Source: Desulfobacterales bacterium
Lineage (GTDB): Bacteria; Desulfobacterota; Desulfobacteria; Desulfobacterales; B30-G6
Assembly: GCA_029940035.1 (NCBI GenBank)
Contig: JAOZRT010000003.1
Span: forward strand, 1-44,862
DNA length: 44,862 nucleotides
Direction: 5' to 3'
Below the pieces are notes generated by a model, which was not told the DNA's origin, did not search any database, and saw nothing but the letters and a program-made list of their open reading frames with translations. Positions 26,002-36,174 of this stretch are shown here, piece after piece; position 1 is the first letter of the stretch, and every line of letters begins with the position of its first letter. Made by a program: the position numbers and the translations under genes.

Positions 26002-26682
26002 TCAGCCCTGGTTGTAGCAGGAACCCACATCCTGAATGGCTTTGGCCGCCAGAAAGTCCCTGATGGTGCTGTCATATTCTGCCGTGTGCCCGAACGCCTT
26101 CTGGGCCAGGCGGAAGCGCAGATCCAAAGACAGGGAGCCGCTGTTGGCCGCCATATCGGCCAGTATGTCAGTATAGTCACCGGGATCCACCACCGAAGCC
26201 ACCCGGATGAAATTCTTGGCCGAGGCCCGGATCATGCAGGGACCGCCTATATCGATATTCCCGCGTGCCTGCTCAACCGTGACGCCTTCCCTGGCAATGG
26301 TCTCCTTAAACGGATACAGATTGACAATGACCATGTCAATGGGCACGCTCTGGGTCCTGCTCAGGTCTGCCTGGTGGGCGTCGTTGTACGTTTCGGTCAG
26401 CAGCCCCAGGTAGATTTTAAAATCCAGTGTTTTAACTAGCCCCCCCTGGGTTTCCGGCTGGCCGGTGTACGCCGATACCTGGGTGAGGCTTGATGCCGCC
26501 CCATCGCCGAGGATCTCTTTCAGACGACCATAAGTCCCGCCGGTGCTGAAAAATTTAACCTCTGGATTGATTTCCGTAAGGCGGGGGATGAAATCCTCCA
26601 GGCCGTTTTTATCCGAAACGCTGATCAGCACGTTACGAACCTTTACCATCCCATCGATCTTGTCCACAACATTGATGCTCAT
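26002..26682 (-). CDS. purH: PurH N-terminal part (IMP cyclohydrolase, MGS-like domain), 226 aa
   Basis: LISVSDK, STGGT, VKTL, VNLYPF, IDIGGP, ASAKN and AFGHTAEYD motifs. AAGGAG RBS. Confidence 0.9.
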   Translation of the reverse strand: MSINVVDKIDGMVKVRNVLISVSDKNGLEDFIPRLTEINPEVKFFSTGGTYGRLKEILGDGAASSLTQVSAYTGQPETQGGLVKTLDFKIYLGLLTETYNDAHQADLSRTQSVPIDMVIVNLYPFKETIAREGVTVEQARGNIDIGGPCMIRASAKNFIRVASVVDPGDYTDILADMAANSGSLSLDLRFRLAQKAFGHTAEYDSTIRDFLAAKAIQDVGSCYNQG

Positions 26683-26764
26683 ATCCGTCTCCTTATATGG
26701 TTTTTTCTCAATGGTTTATTGCAGCAACTTGTTTTCTTTCACAGAAGTGCCTGCCGGGGCGAGC

Positions 26765-27442
26765 CTACTCATCCCCCCTGTGTTCTATCTGCAGACGCTC
26801 GAAAAAGGCCGCCATAAAAGCATGCCTTTTTTCTGCCAGGCGGGTCCCCTCGCGGGTCAGCATGCATGTTTTGATTTTGGACAACTTGACCTTGAATTCC
26901 CTGAAACCCGTGTCCTCACTGGTATAGGGCCGGGTAGCCTTCACATCCACATCCGGATTGTGCAGCCGGGCGCCTATCTCACCGGCAAACAGATATGCCC
27001 TGGCCACCCCCACGGCACCGATGGCATCCAGTTTGTCGGCATCGAACAGCACCCGGGCCTCTATCGTTTCCGGGTGGGGCGGTTTGCGGAACCTGTGGGC
27101 GTGGATGCAGTGCAGGATATTGGTTTTGCGCCCCTTGGCCATGGATAGCGGGTCGATGACCGGGCGGGCGAGTTCCACGCCTTTTTCAGAATGGCACACC
27201 TCGCCGCCCGAGGTATCCTGATAAACCCTCCCGATATCGTGGAGGCAGGCGGCCATCAAGAGCACGTCCATGTCGGCACCCTCGGCGGCGCCAATGTGCC
27301 GGCACAACCGGAATACCCTCTGGGTATGTTCCCAGGCATGGCTGCCTCTGGCAGATGCAAACATCTGTTCAGCACTCAATTTTATGTGGTCGACCAATAT
27401 GCTGGTTTCAGGTGTCAGGTTTCGGGTGTCAGGTTTGTTCAT
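26765..27442 (-). CDS. HD-domain phosphohydrolase
   Basis: H..EH..RV, LHDIGR, HRFR and DADKLDAIGAVG motifs. The start is uncertain because the N-terminus overlaps a repeat. Confidence 0.88.
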   Translation of the reverse strand: MNKPDTRNLTPETSILVDHIKLSAEQMFASARGSHAWEHTQRVFRLCRHIGAAEGADMDVLLMAACLHDIGRVYQDTSGGEVCHSEKGVELARPVIDPLSMAKGRKTNILHCIHAHRFRKPPHPETIEARVLFDADKLDAIGAVGVARAYLFAGEIGARLHNPDVDVKATRPYTSEDTGFREFKVKLSKIKTCMLTREGTRLAEKRHAFMAAFFERLQIEHRGDE

Positions 27443-27530
27443 GGCGATCAGCAAGGCGTTAAAAGTTCGATGTTGGACGTTCATTCGGTCTGACCTCTGG
27501 GGCTCTGTGGTTCTGACCTCTGGGGCTCTG
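27404..27530. repeat. Heptamer run (ggtttca-ggtgtca-ggtttcg-ggtgtca) and a 19-bp direct repeat tctgacctctggggctctg x2
   Basis: Heptamers at 27404-27435, direct repeats at 27489-27507 and 27512-27530. Confidence 0.75.
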
Positions 27531-27573
27531 GGATCCCAACCTCGAGGACCACCGCATCTCCGGCAATGAAAAT

Positions 27574-28272
27574 TTACTCCAGGTGCATGACCCCTTCAAA
27601 ACGCTCGTATTCCGTGGCCGTCGGCGACCCTCTTTCCTTCAGGACCTTTATCATTTCCGGATCATTATACCTTACAAAGGGATTGACCTTCAACTCGTCC
27701 GCAAGCCGTGACAAAACGTGCTCAGGGTTGTAGTTGGCCAGATAACCGTCGATGTCGTGGTTGTCGGGCTCCACCAAACGGGCAAACGCCATGGCATATT
27801 CCACATAATCATGACCGGCATAGACCTTGGTATCCATCGGCAGGTCGAGCAAGCGACGAATCGAGCCATGAAACGCCTGCAGGTCGCCTGAAAAACAGGT
27901 TCCCACCGTGCCGTTGAAAAGCGTGTCTCCTGTTATCAGGCAGCCATCGTAATAAAAAGTAACCGAGTCGACAGTATGGCCGGGCGTGGGGAAAACCTTG
28001 ACAATCTCATTTTCGAGGACAACGCCCCCCTCCCGGGCCAGTGCGTTGTGGTCACACAGATGGGCGCCGGATCTTTCCAGCAGGGCATGGTTCCCGGGCG
28101 TGTGATCCGGATGGTCGTGGGTGTTGGTGATGTACGTGAGATTCAGCCCGGCAGACCCGATGAAGGCCATTATTTCTTCAACAGCCCCGCCATCGATGGC
28201 AATTGATTCATTTTCGCCATAAATCAAATAACTTAAATTATCCGCTCCATATCTGAACTGTTGAATATTCAT
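27574..28272 (-). CDS. gloB: Hydroxyacylglutathione hydrolase (glyoxalase II, MBL fold)
   Basis: THDHPDH, TPGHT, TGDTLF, GHDY and E..VNPF motifs. Confidence 0.85.
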   Translation of the reverse strand: MNIQQFRYGADNLSYLIYGENESIAIDGGAVEEIMAFIGSAGLNLTYITNTHDHPDHTPGNHALLERSGAHLCDHNALAREGGVVLENEIVKVFPTPGHTVDSVTFYYDGCLITGDTLFNGTVGTCFSGDLQAFHGSIRRLLDLPMDTKVYAGHDYVEYAMAFARLVEPDNHDIDGYLANYNPEHVLSRLADELKVNPFVRYNDPEMIKVLKERGSPTATEYERFEGVMHLE

Positions 28273-28384
28273 GTACTATTTAGTATCAACCCTGCCGAAA
28301 TTTTGTCAACGTATACATTTAAAAATTCCAATTTTAGCCTTTCATGCTGCTTGACCTCTCCAGAACAATGATGCTAACAATTGC

Positions 28385-28540
28385 CTCCACATAAATCCAC
28401 ATCATAATAATTTATGAAAATTGGATTAACATTCAATAATTATTATAAAAAATTTAATATTTTTTTATTTTTTCCTTGACTTTTTTTCTATAATGTACTT
28501 TTATTATAAAAAAGTGGATTTAAGTGGATATTATTGGTGA
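28385..28540 (+). promoter_or_regulatory. MraZ operator repeats (GTGGA at 10-nt period) in the dcw promoter
   Basis: AAAGTGGATT/TAAGTGGATA/TTATTGGTGA at 28511-28540. Two reversed copies (tccac, 10-nt period) at 28386-28400. Confidence 0.65.
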
Positions 28541-28543
28541 AAT

Positions 28544-28990
28544 ATGTTCAGGGGAAGTTCATTTCATACCATTGATGCCAAGGGCAGAATCATCATTCCC
28601 AAACGATTTCGCGTCACCATAAAAACAAGCGAAAACAATGGGTTGATGATATCTCGCATGGACAACGGCCTGGTAGCCTACACCCTGTCCGAATGGGAGA
28701 AAATCGAAGCCAAGATTCTCTCCATGGCTGAAAAAAGCGACAGCATGCGCCGCTTCAGGCGGGTTTTCATTGGCGGTGCGTTCGATTGCAGCTGTGACCG
28801 GCAGGACCGCATCCTGGTCCCCCCGACACTGCGTGACTATGCTGCCCTCGACAGGGATATCGTTATCGTAGGGGTTCTGGACCACTTTGAAATCTGGTCG
28901 CGTCAGAACTGGGACAGGGAAAACAGTTTCATGGAAAAAGATATGCAAAAGGAGGACGTCCGCAACGAAATCGCAAGGTTAGGAATTTGA
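28544..28990 (+). CDS. mraZ: Transcriptional regulator MraZ
   Basis: MFRG...IDAKGRIIIP, DRQDRILVP and GVLDHFEIW motifs. First gene of dcw. Confidence 0.97.
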   Translation: MFRGSSFHTIDAKGRIIIPKRFRVTIKTSENNGLMISRMDNGLVAYTLSEWEKIEAKILSMAEKSDSMRRFRRVFIGGAFDCSCDRQDRILVPPTLRDYAALDRDIVIVGVLDHFEIWSRQNWDRENSFMEKDMQKEDVRNEIARLGI

Positions 28991-28994
28991 TCCT

Positions 28995-29936
28995 ATGGCC
29001 TATGAACATATTCCGGTCATGCTGGCGGAAGTTATCGAGTGGCTTAGCCCCAAGCCCGGAAACATATTCGTCGACGGAACCGTCGGCGGGTCCGGTCACG
29101 CCACTGCCATCTGCAACGCCATCGCGCCTGACGGAATCTTTATCGGCCTGGATCAGGACCGGGACGCCATCGACAATGCCAACCGTGTCCTCAAGGGTTT
29201 CAATACGACCGTCCACCTCTTCCACGGCAACTTTGTAAAAATGCCGGATTTCCTCTCCCAAATAAATATTCCCGCTGTAGATGGGATCCTTCTCGACCTC
29301 GGAATATCTTTTCACCACCTTGCCACATCAGGGCGTGGGTTCAGTTTCAGAAAGGACGAACCACTGGATATGCGTATGGACACCCGCTCCCGTGTGAACG
29401 CCCGGGAACTGGTCAATGACCTTGGTGAAGCCGAACTTCGCAGGCTGTTTCAACGTTACGGAGAGGAACGCTGGTCCAAACAGATCGCCCGGAGGATTGT
29501 ACTGGAAAGAAAACAGCATGCGATCCATTCCAGCCGGCAGCTTGCGGATATCGTTTGCCAGGCAGTACCCAAAGCCGCCTGGAAACCCGGTTTTCATCCT
29601 GCGACGCGGATATTTATGGCTCTACGCATAGTTGTCAACAAAGAACTGGAACGACTGGAACAATTTCTCGATACAGCTGCGGATTTTTTAAAGCCCGGTG
29701 GGCGCATGTGCGTCCTTTCGTTTCACTCTCTGGAAGACCGGATAGTAAAGCAGCGGTTCCGGGCCCTTGAAAATCCATGTACCTGTCCGCCGGACCTGCC
29801 AGTCTGCGCGTGCGGCCGGCAGCCCATACTCAAGGTCCTGACAAAAAAAACCCAGCGTCCTTCTGCAGAAGAGGTCATGGCCAACCCCATGGCCCGCAGC
29901 ACGAAATTAAGAGCAGCGGAAAAGCTATGGAACTAA
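28995..29936 (+). CDS. rsmH: 16S rRNA m4C1402 methyltransferase
   Basis: HIPVML, DGTVGGSGH, DLGIS, PLDMRM, HPATRIF and SFHSLEDR motifs. Confidence 0.97.
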   Translation: MAYEHIPVMLAEVIEWLSPKPGNIFVDGTVGGSGHATAICNAIAPDGIFIGLDQDRDAIDNANRVLKGFNTTVHLFHGNFVKMPDFLSQINIPAVDGILLDLGISFHHLATSGRGFSFRKDEPLDMRMDTRSRVNARELVNDLGEAELRRLFQRYGEERWSKQIARRIVLERKQHAIHSSRQLADIVCQAVPKAAWKPGFHPATRIFMALRIVVNKELERLEQFLDTAADFLKPGGRMCVLSFHSLEDRIVKQRFRALENPCTCPPDLPVCACGRQPILKVLTKKTQRPSAEEVMANPMARSTKLRAAEKLWN

Positions 29937-30214
29937 AAAAAGGCAAAAAGCTGAAAATCACCGGGTTGTGGATAGTTATGCTCTGTTTGTTCCTGGGTGA
30001 GCTTTTTTTTTACACATGGTGCCGCGTCAACAATGTCAGGCTCGGGTACGAAGTGGCCAATGAAACCGAAAAGCAAACCAAACTGATAGCGTATCAGGAA
30101 AATCTGAAAATCGAACTGGCACGGTTGAAATCCCCGGAACGTATTGCACGCATTGCCACGGAGCAGCTGGGCCTCTCCATGCCGCGGGCTAACCAGACCA
30201 TTATGATACCATGA
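29927..30214 (+). CDS. ftsL: Cell division protein FtsL
   Basis: Short basic N-terminus, one TM, coiled coil and SPERIARIA motif. Sits between rsmH and ftsI. Confidence 0.85.
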   Translation: MELKKGKKLKITGLWIVMLCLFLGELFFYTWCRVNNVRLGYEVANETEKQTKLIAYQENLKIELARLKSPERIARIATEQLGLSMPRANQTIMIP

Positions 30215-31962
30215 AAAACAAAGCCCGGAAATATATCAACATGCGGATCGGCATCATCGGTGTGATGTTCATAGTGCTGATCCTGGCCATCGGCGCCAAG
30301 GCTGTCTACCTTCAGCTATTCTGCGGCAGCTGGCTCTCGGAAAGGGCTGCCAACCAGTATGCCACAGACCTGGTCACCGCCGGCAAACGCGGCGTGATAT
30401 ACGACCGCAATCATCACCAAATGGCGGTGAGTATCGGAACAACATCTTTGGCCGCCTACCCTTCCCGGTTGCAGGACAAGGGTTCCGTTGCCAGGGCCCT
30501 TGCTAAAATTTTGGATCTAAGCCCGCAGAGGCTGTCCAAAAAATTGAATTCCCAGCGAACTTTTGTTTGGATAAAAAGGCACGTTTCCCCCAAGGAACTG
30601 AGTGAAGTCAAATCCCTTGATCTCAACGGCATAGACTTCATCCCTTCCTACAGCCGCTTTTATCCCAATAAAACCCTGGCCGCTCAGGTCCTTGGATTTA
30701 CCGGCACCGACGGTCATGGGCTCGAGGGGGTGGAATACTATTACGATAAAATGCTCGGGGGGCAGGAAAACAGCCTGGTAATTCTCAAGGACGCCCTGGG
30801 CCGCGGTTTTGCCAAGGAGGCAAAAACGGAAGAAACAAGGCTGACCACCGCAGATCAGGCCAAAAATATAGTGCTGACCATCGACCGTGCCATACAGTTC
30901 ATCACGGAAAACGCCCTGAATGAAGCCGTGGAACAGTTTTCGGCAAAATCCGGCATGGCCATTGTCATGGATCCTCAAACAGGCGCCGTCCTATCCATGG
31001 CCAACATCCCGTTTTTCAACCCCAACACCTTTGGACGTTTTCCCAGGGATTCCTGGCGCAACCGCTCGATCACCGACCCGTTTGAACCGGGATCGACCAT
31101 GAAAATATTCACGGCAGCCGCTGCGCTGGAATCCGGGACATGCACCCCCAGCACTATCTTCTTTTGTGAAAATGGTGTTTATCGCATCGGTCGAAACATC
31201 ATTCACGATACCCATCCACGGGGCTGGTTGTCACTCCAGCAGATCATAAAGTTTTCCAGCAACATCGGCGTGGTCAAAGTTATCGAATCCGTCGGTCCTG
31301 ATTCCCTGCACCGCACCCTGGTCAATTTCGGCTTTGGTGAAAAAACCCGCCTGGACTGCCCAGGCGAAACATCGGGCGTGCTTTCATCGCCCAAACGCTG
31401 GACACGGGTCGATACCGGGGCCATTTCGTTCGGCCAGGGCATATCGGCGTCCGCGCTTCAATTGGTCACGGCGGCTTCGGCCATCGCCAACGGCGGCAGC
31501 CTTATGCAACCCCATATGGTTGCTGCCATCAGCGATCACAACGGCCGGATCATAGAACGAACCGAACCCCGTGTCGTCAGGATGGCGGTGTCCGCCAAAA
31601 CAGCCGGCATTGTGAAACGCATCATGAAAACCGTCATCACCGAAGGAGGCACCGGTGTCAATGCGGCGCTGGAGGGCTATTCGGTTTCCGGGAAAACAGG
31701 AACGGCTCAGAAAATAGACGACAGCGGGAAATATGCCCGCGGGAAATATGTCGCCTCATTTTTGGGGTTCGCGCCGGCAGATGAACCAAAAGTCGTCATC
31801 CTCGTGGTCGTCAACGAACCTGAAGGAGAACACTATGGCGGAATCGTTGCTGCACCGGCCTTTAAAAAAATTGCACACGAAACCCTGAACTACTTGAACA
31901 TTCCGCCGATGCTGGAGCAGGAAAAACTGAGGGTTGCCATAAAAACAGAGGGCACGGGATGA
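30211..31962 (+). CDS. ftsI: Peptidoglycan D,D-transpeptidase FtsI (PBP3)
   Basis: RGVIYDRN, RFYP, GLEGVE, EPGSTMK, SSN and KTGTAQ motifs. Confidence 0.96.
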   Translation: MKNKARKYINMRIGIIGVMFIVLILAIGAKAVYLQLFCGSWLSERAANQYATDLVTAGKRGVIYDRNHHQMAVSIGTTSLAAYPSRLQDKGSVARALAKILDLSPQRLSKKLNSQRTFVWIKRHVSPKELSEVKSLDLNGIDFIPSYSRFYPNKTLAAQVLGFTGTDGHGLEGVEYYYDKMLGGQENSLVILKDALGRGFAKEAKTEETRLTTADQAKNIVLTIDRAIQFITENALNEAVEQFSAKSGMAIVMDPQTGAVLSMANIPFFNPNTFGRFPRDSWRNRSITDPFEPGSTMKIFTAAAALESGTCTPSTIFFCENGVYRIGRNIIHDTHPRGWLSLQQIIKFSSNIGVVKVIESVGPDSLHRTLVNFGFGEKTRLDCPGETSGVLSSPKRWTRVDTGAISFGQGISASALQLVTAASAIANGGSLMQPHMVAAISDHNGRIIERTEPRVVRMAVSAKTAGIVKRIMKTVITEGGTGVNAALEGYSVSGKTGTAQKIDDSGKYARGKYVASFLGFAPADEPKVVILVVVNEPEGEHYGGIVAAPAFKKIAHETLNYLNIPPMLEQEKLRVAIKTEGTG

Positions 31963-33470
31963 ATTTAAGCCGGCTTTTGCAAACCATCGGCGTACAGGCA
32001 GACTCCCCGGAGGCGCAGACGAGCCCGATAGGGTCCGTCCATTACGACTCCAGAGATGTCGTTCCGCAAGGACTGTTTGTTGCCATAAAAGGCTTTAAAT
32101 TCGATGGGCATGATTTTATCGATGACGCTGTCCAACGGGGAGCATCAGCCATTGTCGCCCAATACCCCGTTGCCGCCGATGTCCCTGTGGTCACTGTCGC
32201 CGACACGCGCAAAGCGCTCGCTTCCCTGGCCGACACTTTTTTCGGGCACCCCTCCCGGGAACTCACTCTGATCGGGATTACCGGAACCAACGGCAAAACC
32301 ACAACCGCCTACATTCTTGAGAGCATCCTGAGGGAAGCGGGGTTCAACGCGGGGGTCATCGGCACCGTCAACTACCGCTACAACCAGAAGGTGTTCGACA
32401 ACCCCGTAACCACGCCCGAATCGCTGGATCTTCAACGCATCCTGCGGGAGATGAAGGATGATGGCGTGTCCCATGTGGTCATGGAGGTTTCCTCCCACGC
32501 CATAGACCTGGACAGGATCTTCAGATGTGACCTGGACGTGGCTGTTTTCACCAATTTGAGCCAGGATCACCTGGATTACCACCAGGACATGCAGTCGTAC
32601 TGGGAATGCAAGAAAAGGCTTTTTACCGAACACCTGCTGGAAGGGAACGCTCCTGGCCGCAAGACCGCCGTGGTCAATGCGGACACTTCCAAGGGCCGCC
32701 AGCTGATCAAGGAAGTCTCCTGTCCCTGTGTGGCCGTGGGCCATGCACCGGAGAACCCGGTTCGTCCCATCGCAATTGACATGGGTCTTAAGGGAATCAA
32801 CGGCACGATCGATATTTCCGGCGACACCATCCTTTTCCAGTCGAAACTGGCCGGTCGCCACAACCTCGAAAATATACTTTGTGCGGCCGGTGCTGCCACG
32901 GCCCTCAACCTATCGCCGCAATGCATTCAGGCCGGCATTGAGAACATTTCTGCGGTGCCGGGGCGACTCCAGCGTGTCCCCGGTCCGGAGAAGCGGCCCG
33001 TATTCGTGGACTATGCCCACACGCCCGATGCGCTTGAAAATGTCCTTCAGGCCCTGAAAGCCCTGGGACCCGATAAACTGATCTGCATATTCGGCTGCGG
33101 CGGAGACCGGGACAGGACCAAACGGCCCATGATGGGCGAAATTTCAGGCAGGCTGTCCGACCTGACCATCGTCACCTCGGACAACCCGCGAACAGAACAG
33201 CCAGCAGCCATCATCACCGACATCCTTCCGGGGGTGAAAGCGGCCTGCCGCACTGAATACCATCCTGAAGACCTTCGGAACGGATGGCAGAAAAAGGGTT
33301 ATCTGGTGGAACCGGACCGGAAACAGGCCATCCGGCTGGGCATCGAGGCTGCTAAGGCCGGCGACATCGTGGTCATTGCCGGCAAGGGGCATGAAACATA
33401 TCAGATCGTTGGCGACCAAACCCTCGCGTTCAGCGATGTGGAGGAAGCGGCAGCGGTTATCGGGAATTAG
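31959..33470 (+). CDS. murE: UDP-MurNAc-Ala-Glu--meso-DAP ligase
   Basis: TGTNGKTT, MEVSSH, DHLDYH, DYAHTPD, DNPR (DAP specificity) and GKGHE motifs. Confidence 0.97.
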   Translation: MNLSRLLQTIGVQADSPEAQTSPIGSVHYDSRDVVPQGLFVAIKGFKFDGHDFIDDAVQRGASAIVAQYPVAADVPVVTVADTRKALASLADTFFGHPSRELTLIGITGTNGKTTTAYILESILREAGFNAGVIGTVNYRYNQKVFDNPVTTPESLDLQRILREMKDDGVSHVVMEVSSHAIDLDRIFRCDLDVAVFTNLSQDHLDYHQDMQSYWECKKRLFTEHLLEGNAPGRKTAVVNADTSKGRQLIKEVSCPCVAVGHAPENPVRPIAIDMGLKGINGTIDISGDTILFQSKLAGRHNLENILCAAGAATALNLSPQCIQAGIENISAVPGRLQRVPGPEKRPVFVDYAHTPDALENVLQALKALGPDKLICIFGCGGDRDRTKRPMMGEISGRLSDLTIVTSDNPRTEQPAAIITDILPGVKAACRTEYHPEDLRNGWQKKGYLVEPDRKQAIRLGIEAAKAGDIVVIAGKGHETYQIVGDQTLAFSDVEEAAAVIGN

Positions 33471-33473
33471 GGA

Positions 33474-33570
33474 TTGGTGTTTTGTATTTGGTGTTTGGTG
33501 TTGGAAAAGTTCTGAAACACTTGGCTGAAAGCAATGCCGACTAAATACAATACACAAAATACCAAACACA
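33474..33570. repeat. Palindromic element of heptamer repeats between murE and murF
   Basis: ttggtgt-tttgtat-ttggtgt-ttggtgt arm, with an inverted arm aaatacaatacacaaaataccaaacac. Confidence 0.7.
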
Positions 33571-33631
33571 TTCTGGACAAAATAGAAAAAAACATATCAG
33601 GAAATTTTAGGACAGCGCAGACAATCAGTTT

Positions 33632-35059
33632 ATGAATAAGCATCCAAAACCCATACCGTGGAAAACAGGCGATATTCTCGATGCAACGGGAGGCGACCTT
33701 GTGGCCGGCCCCGGCAACGGTGTGTTTGACAGCATCGCCATCGACTCCAGGAACGTTGCCGCGGGCGAGCTATTTGTCGCCATCGTCGGCGAGGTTCACG
33801 ACGGCCACGCGTTCGTCCACGGCGTTTTGGACCAGGGTGTGCGGGGGGTGCTGGTGGAAAATAAAAAGGCCCGGGAGCTGATGCACGGGGACCTCGATAC
33901 ACGGAGAGTCACAGTGATCGGTGTGGCCGACACCACCCGGGCCCTGGGCGATCTGGCAGCCTTCAATCGTTGCCGCACCCCTTTGAAGGTGATTGCCCTG
34001 ACCGGATCCAACGGCAAGACCTCGACTCGCACCATGCTCACCCACATCGTCGAACAGCGATACGAAACCTTGTCGCCTAAAGCGAACTTCAACAACGAAA
34101 TCGGTATGCCCCTCACCTTGCTCCGGCTTGAAGAAATGCACACGCTGGCCGTGCTCGAACTGGGGATGAACAAATCCGGCGAAATAAGGAGGCTGGCAGA
34201 AATCTGCCGACCCGATATCGGCATGATCACCAATGTGGCCCCCGCCCATCTGGAAGGCCTGGGATCCATCGAAGACATCCTGCGCGCCAAGGGGGAGCTG
34301 CTGGAAGGGCTGAACATTGGCGGCAGAACCATCTTGAACGCCGACGACTCCCGCGTGGCCGGCCTGGCGAAAAATGCACCCGGCGAGGTATTGATGTTCG
34401 GTCTTTCCGATCGGGCGGCCGTACGCGCCAGCCATATAAGCGACAAGGGACATAGACTGTCATTTCACATGGAAGTGCCGGGGGCAACCACCGAGGTCAC
34501 CCTTGCCACCCCCGGAAAATTTATGGTTTCCAATGCCCTGGCTGCGGCTGCGGCAGGATATCTGCTGGAAATCCCCCTGTCTGAGATCAAGACAGGACTC
34601 GAACGTTTTCAACCCGTCAACGGCCGCATGCACATCCGGGAATTGGCCAATGGTATCTGCCTCATCGACGATGCCTACAATGCCAACCCCTATTCTGTAA
34701 AAGCCGCCCTCGACACCTTGAAACAGATGGGGCAACAGCGTTCGAGAATCGTCGTGCTCGGCGACATGCTCGAACTGGGAAAAGATTCCGCCGCCCTTCA
34801 CCGCGACGTTGGACAACATGTGGCCCTCACCGCCCCCCACCGGCTTTACCTGACCGGCAACTTTGCCGGAGACACCGCCCAGGGCGCCCGGGACGGCGGA
34901 ATGGACCCGGATCAAATTAGCATCGGCTCCATACGGGAAATAGCGGCAGATTTGATCAGCCGGGCGGATTCCCGGGACAATATTCTGGTAAAAGGCTCAC
35001 GCGGCATGCGCATGGAGCGCATCGTCAAGGAACTGACCAACATGTTTGGACAAAGGTAG
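33632..35059 (+). CDS. murF: UDP-MurNAc-tripeptide--D-Ala-D-Ala ligase
   Basis: TGSNGKT, NFNNEIG, DAYNANP, LGDMLELG and VKGSRG motifs. Confidence 0.97.
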   Translation: MNKHPKPIPWKTGDILDATGGDLVAGPGNGVFDSIAIDSRNVAAGELFVAIVGEVHDGHAFVHGVLDQGVRGVLVENKKARELMHGDLDTRRVTVIGVADTTRALGDLAAFNRCRTPLKVIALTGSNGKTSTRTMLTHIVEQRYETLSPKANFNNEIGMPLTLLRLEEMHTLAVLELGMNKSGEIRRLAEICRPDIGMITNVAPAHLEGLGSIEDILRAKGELLEGLNIGGRTILNADDSRVAGLAKNAPGEVLMFGLSDRAAVRASHISDKGHRLSFHMEVPGATTEVTLATPGKFMVSNALAAAAAGYLLEIPLSEIKTGLERFQPVNGRMHIRELANGICLIDDAYNANPYSVKAALDTLKQMGQQRSRIVVLGDMLELGKDSAALHRDVGQHVALTAPHRLYLTGNFAGDTAQGARDGGMDPDQISIGSIREIAADLISRADSRDNILVKGSRGMRMERIVKELTNMFGQR

Positions 35060-35062
35060 CCC

Positions 35063-36142
35063 ATGCTGTACCACCTTTTATACCCGCTGCACACGACCCT
35101 GTCGGCACTGAATGTGTTCCGCTACATCACTTTTCGGACCATTTACGCCAGTCTTACGGCGTTTCTGGTCTGCTTCCTGATCGGCCCCTGGGTCATCCGC
35201 CGGCTCAAGTATTTGCAGATCGGCCAGTATATCCAGGAAGACGGGCCCGAAACCCACCAGTCCAAAGCAGGGACCCCGACCATGGGCGGCATTCTAATCC
35301 TGTTTGCCATCGTCACCTCTTCGCTTCTATGGGCCGACCTGACCAACGGTTACGTCTGGATCGCCCTGCTGATCGTTTGCGGTTACGGTCTGGTTGGTTT
35401 TGCTGACGACTACCTGATGCTGATAAAAAAGAGAAATAAGGGGCTGACAGCCCGGACCAAATTTGCGTGCCAAGTGCTCCTGGCGGGCGTGGCCGGTACC
35501 TTACTCTATATAAGCCCTGATTTTGACACCCGGGTGACCATACCTTTTTTCAAAGATATGTCCCCGGACCTCGGGTGGGGCTACATTCTGTTTGCCATCC
35601 TCGTGATCGTGGGAGCATCCAATGCCGTCAACCTGACCGACGGCCTGGACGGCTTAGCCATCGGCCCCACGGTCATCGCCGCCAGCACCTACATGGTTTT
35701 TGCTTATGTGGCCGGGCATACCAAACTGGCGGATTACCTGCAGATCAATTACGTTGCAGGATGCGGTGAACTGACCATTTTCTGCGGCGCCATCGCCGGC
35801 GCCGGCCTTGGTTTTCTCTGGTTCAACACCTACCCGGCCCAAATTTTTATGGGAGATGTGGGGTCCCTTTCCCTGGGCGGCGCCCTGGGAACCGTGGCGG
35901 TTATCACCAAGCAGGAAATTTTACTGGTAATCGTGGGCGGGCTCTTCGTTATCGAAGCCCTGTCGGTCATCTTTCAGGTAAGTTTTTTCAAGATGACCAA
36001 CGGCGGGCGGATTTTCAAAATGGCCCCCCTGCACCATCATTTTGAACTTAAAGGCTGGCCCGAGCCCAAAATCATCGTGCGTTTCTGGATCATTGCCATT
36101 GCCCTGGCTTTGTTTTCCATGAGCACGCTGAAGCTTCGTTAG
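35063..36142 (+). CDS. mraY: Phospho-N-acetylmuramoyl-pentapeptide transferase
   Basis: [28 protein letters not shown] and MAPLHHHFE motifs. Confidence 0.98.
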   Translation: MLYHLLYPLHTTLSALNVFRYITFRTIYASLTAFLVCFLIGPWVIRRLKYLQIGQYIQEDGPETHQSKAGTPTMGGILILFAIVTSSLLWADLTNGYVWIALLIVCGYGLVGFADDYLMLIKKRNKGLTARTKFACQVLLAGVAGTLLYISPDFDTRVTIPFFKDMSPDLGWGYILFAILVIVGASNAVNLTDGLDGLAIGPTVIAASTYMVFAYVAGHTKLADYLQINYVAGCGELTIFCGAIAGAGLGFLWFNTYPAQIFMGDVGSLSLGGALGTVAVITKQEILLVIVGGLFVIEALSVIFQVSFFKMTNGGRIFKMAPLHHHFELKGWPEPKIIVRFWIIAIALALFSMSTLKLR

Positions 36143-36174
36143 TATAATGGACAGATCAAAGGGATACAGGAACC

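Noticed and set aside
26683-26765. ZTP (pfl) riboswitch expected upstream of purH
   Set aside because: The region is short and lacks the GACUGGCG...GCCUGGG consensus.
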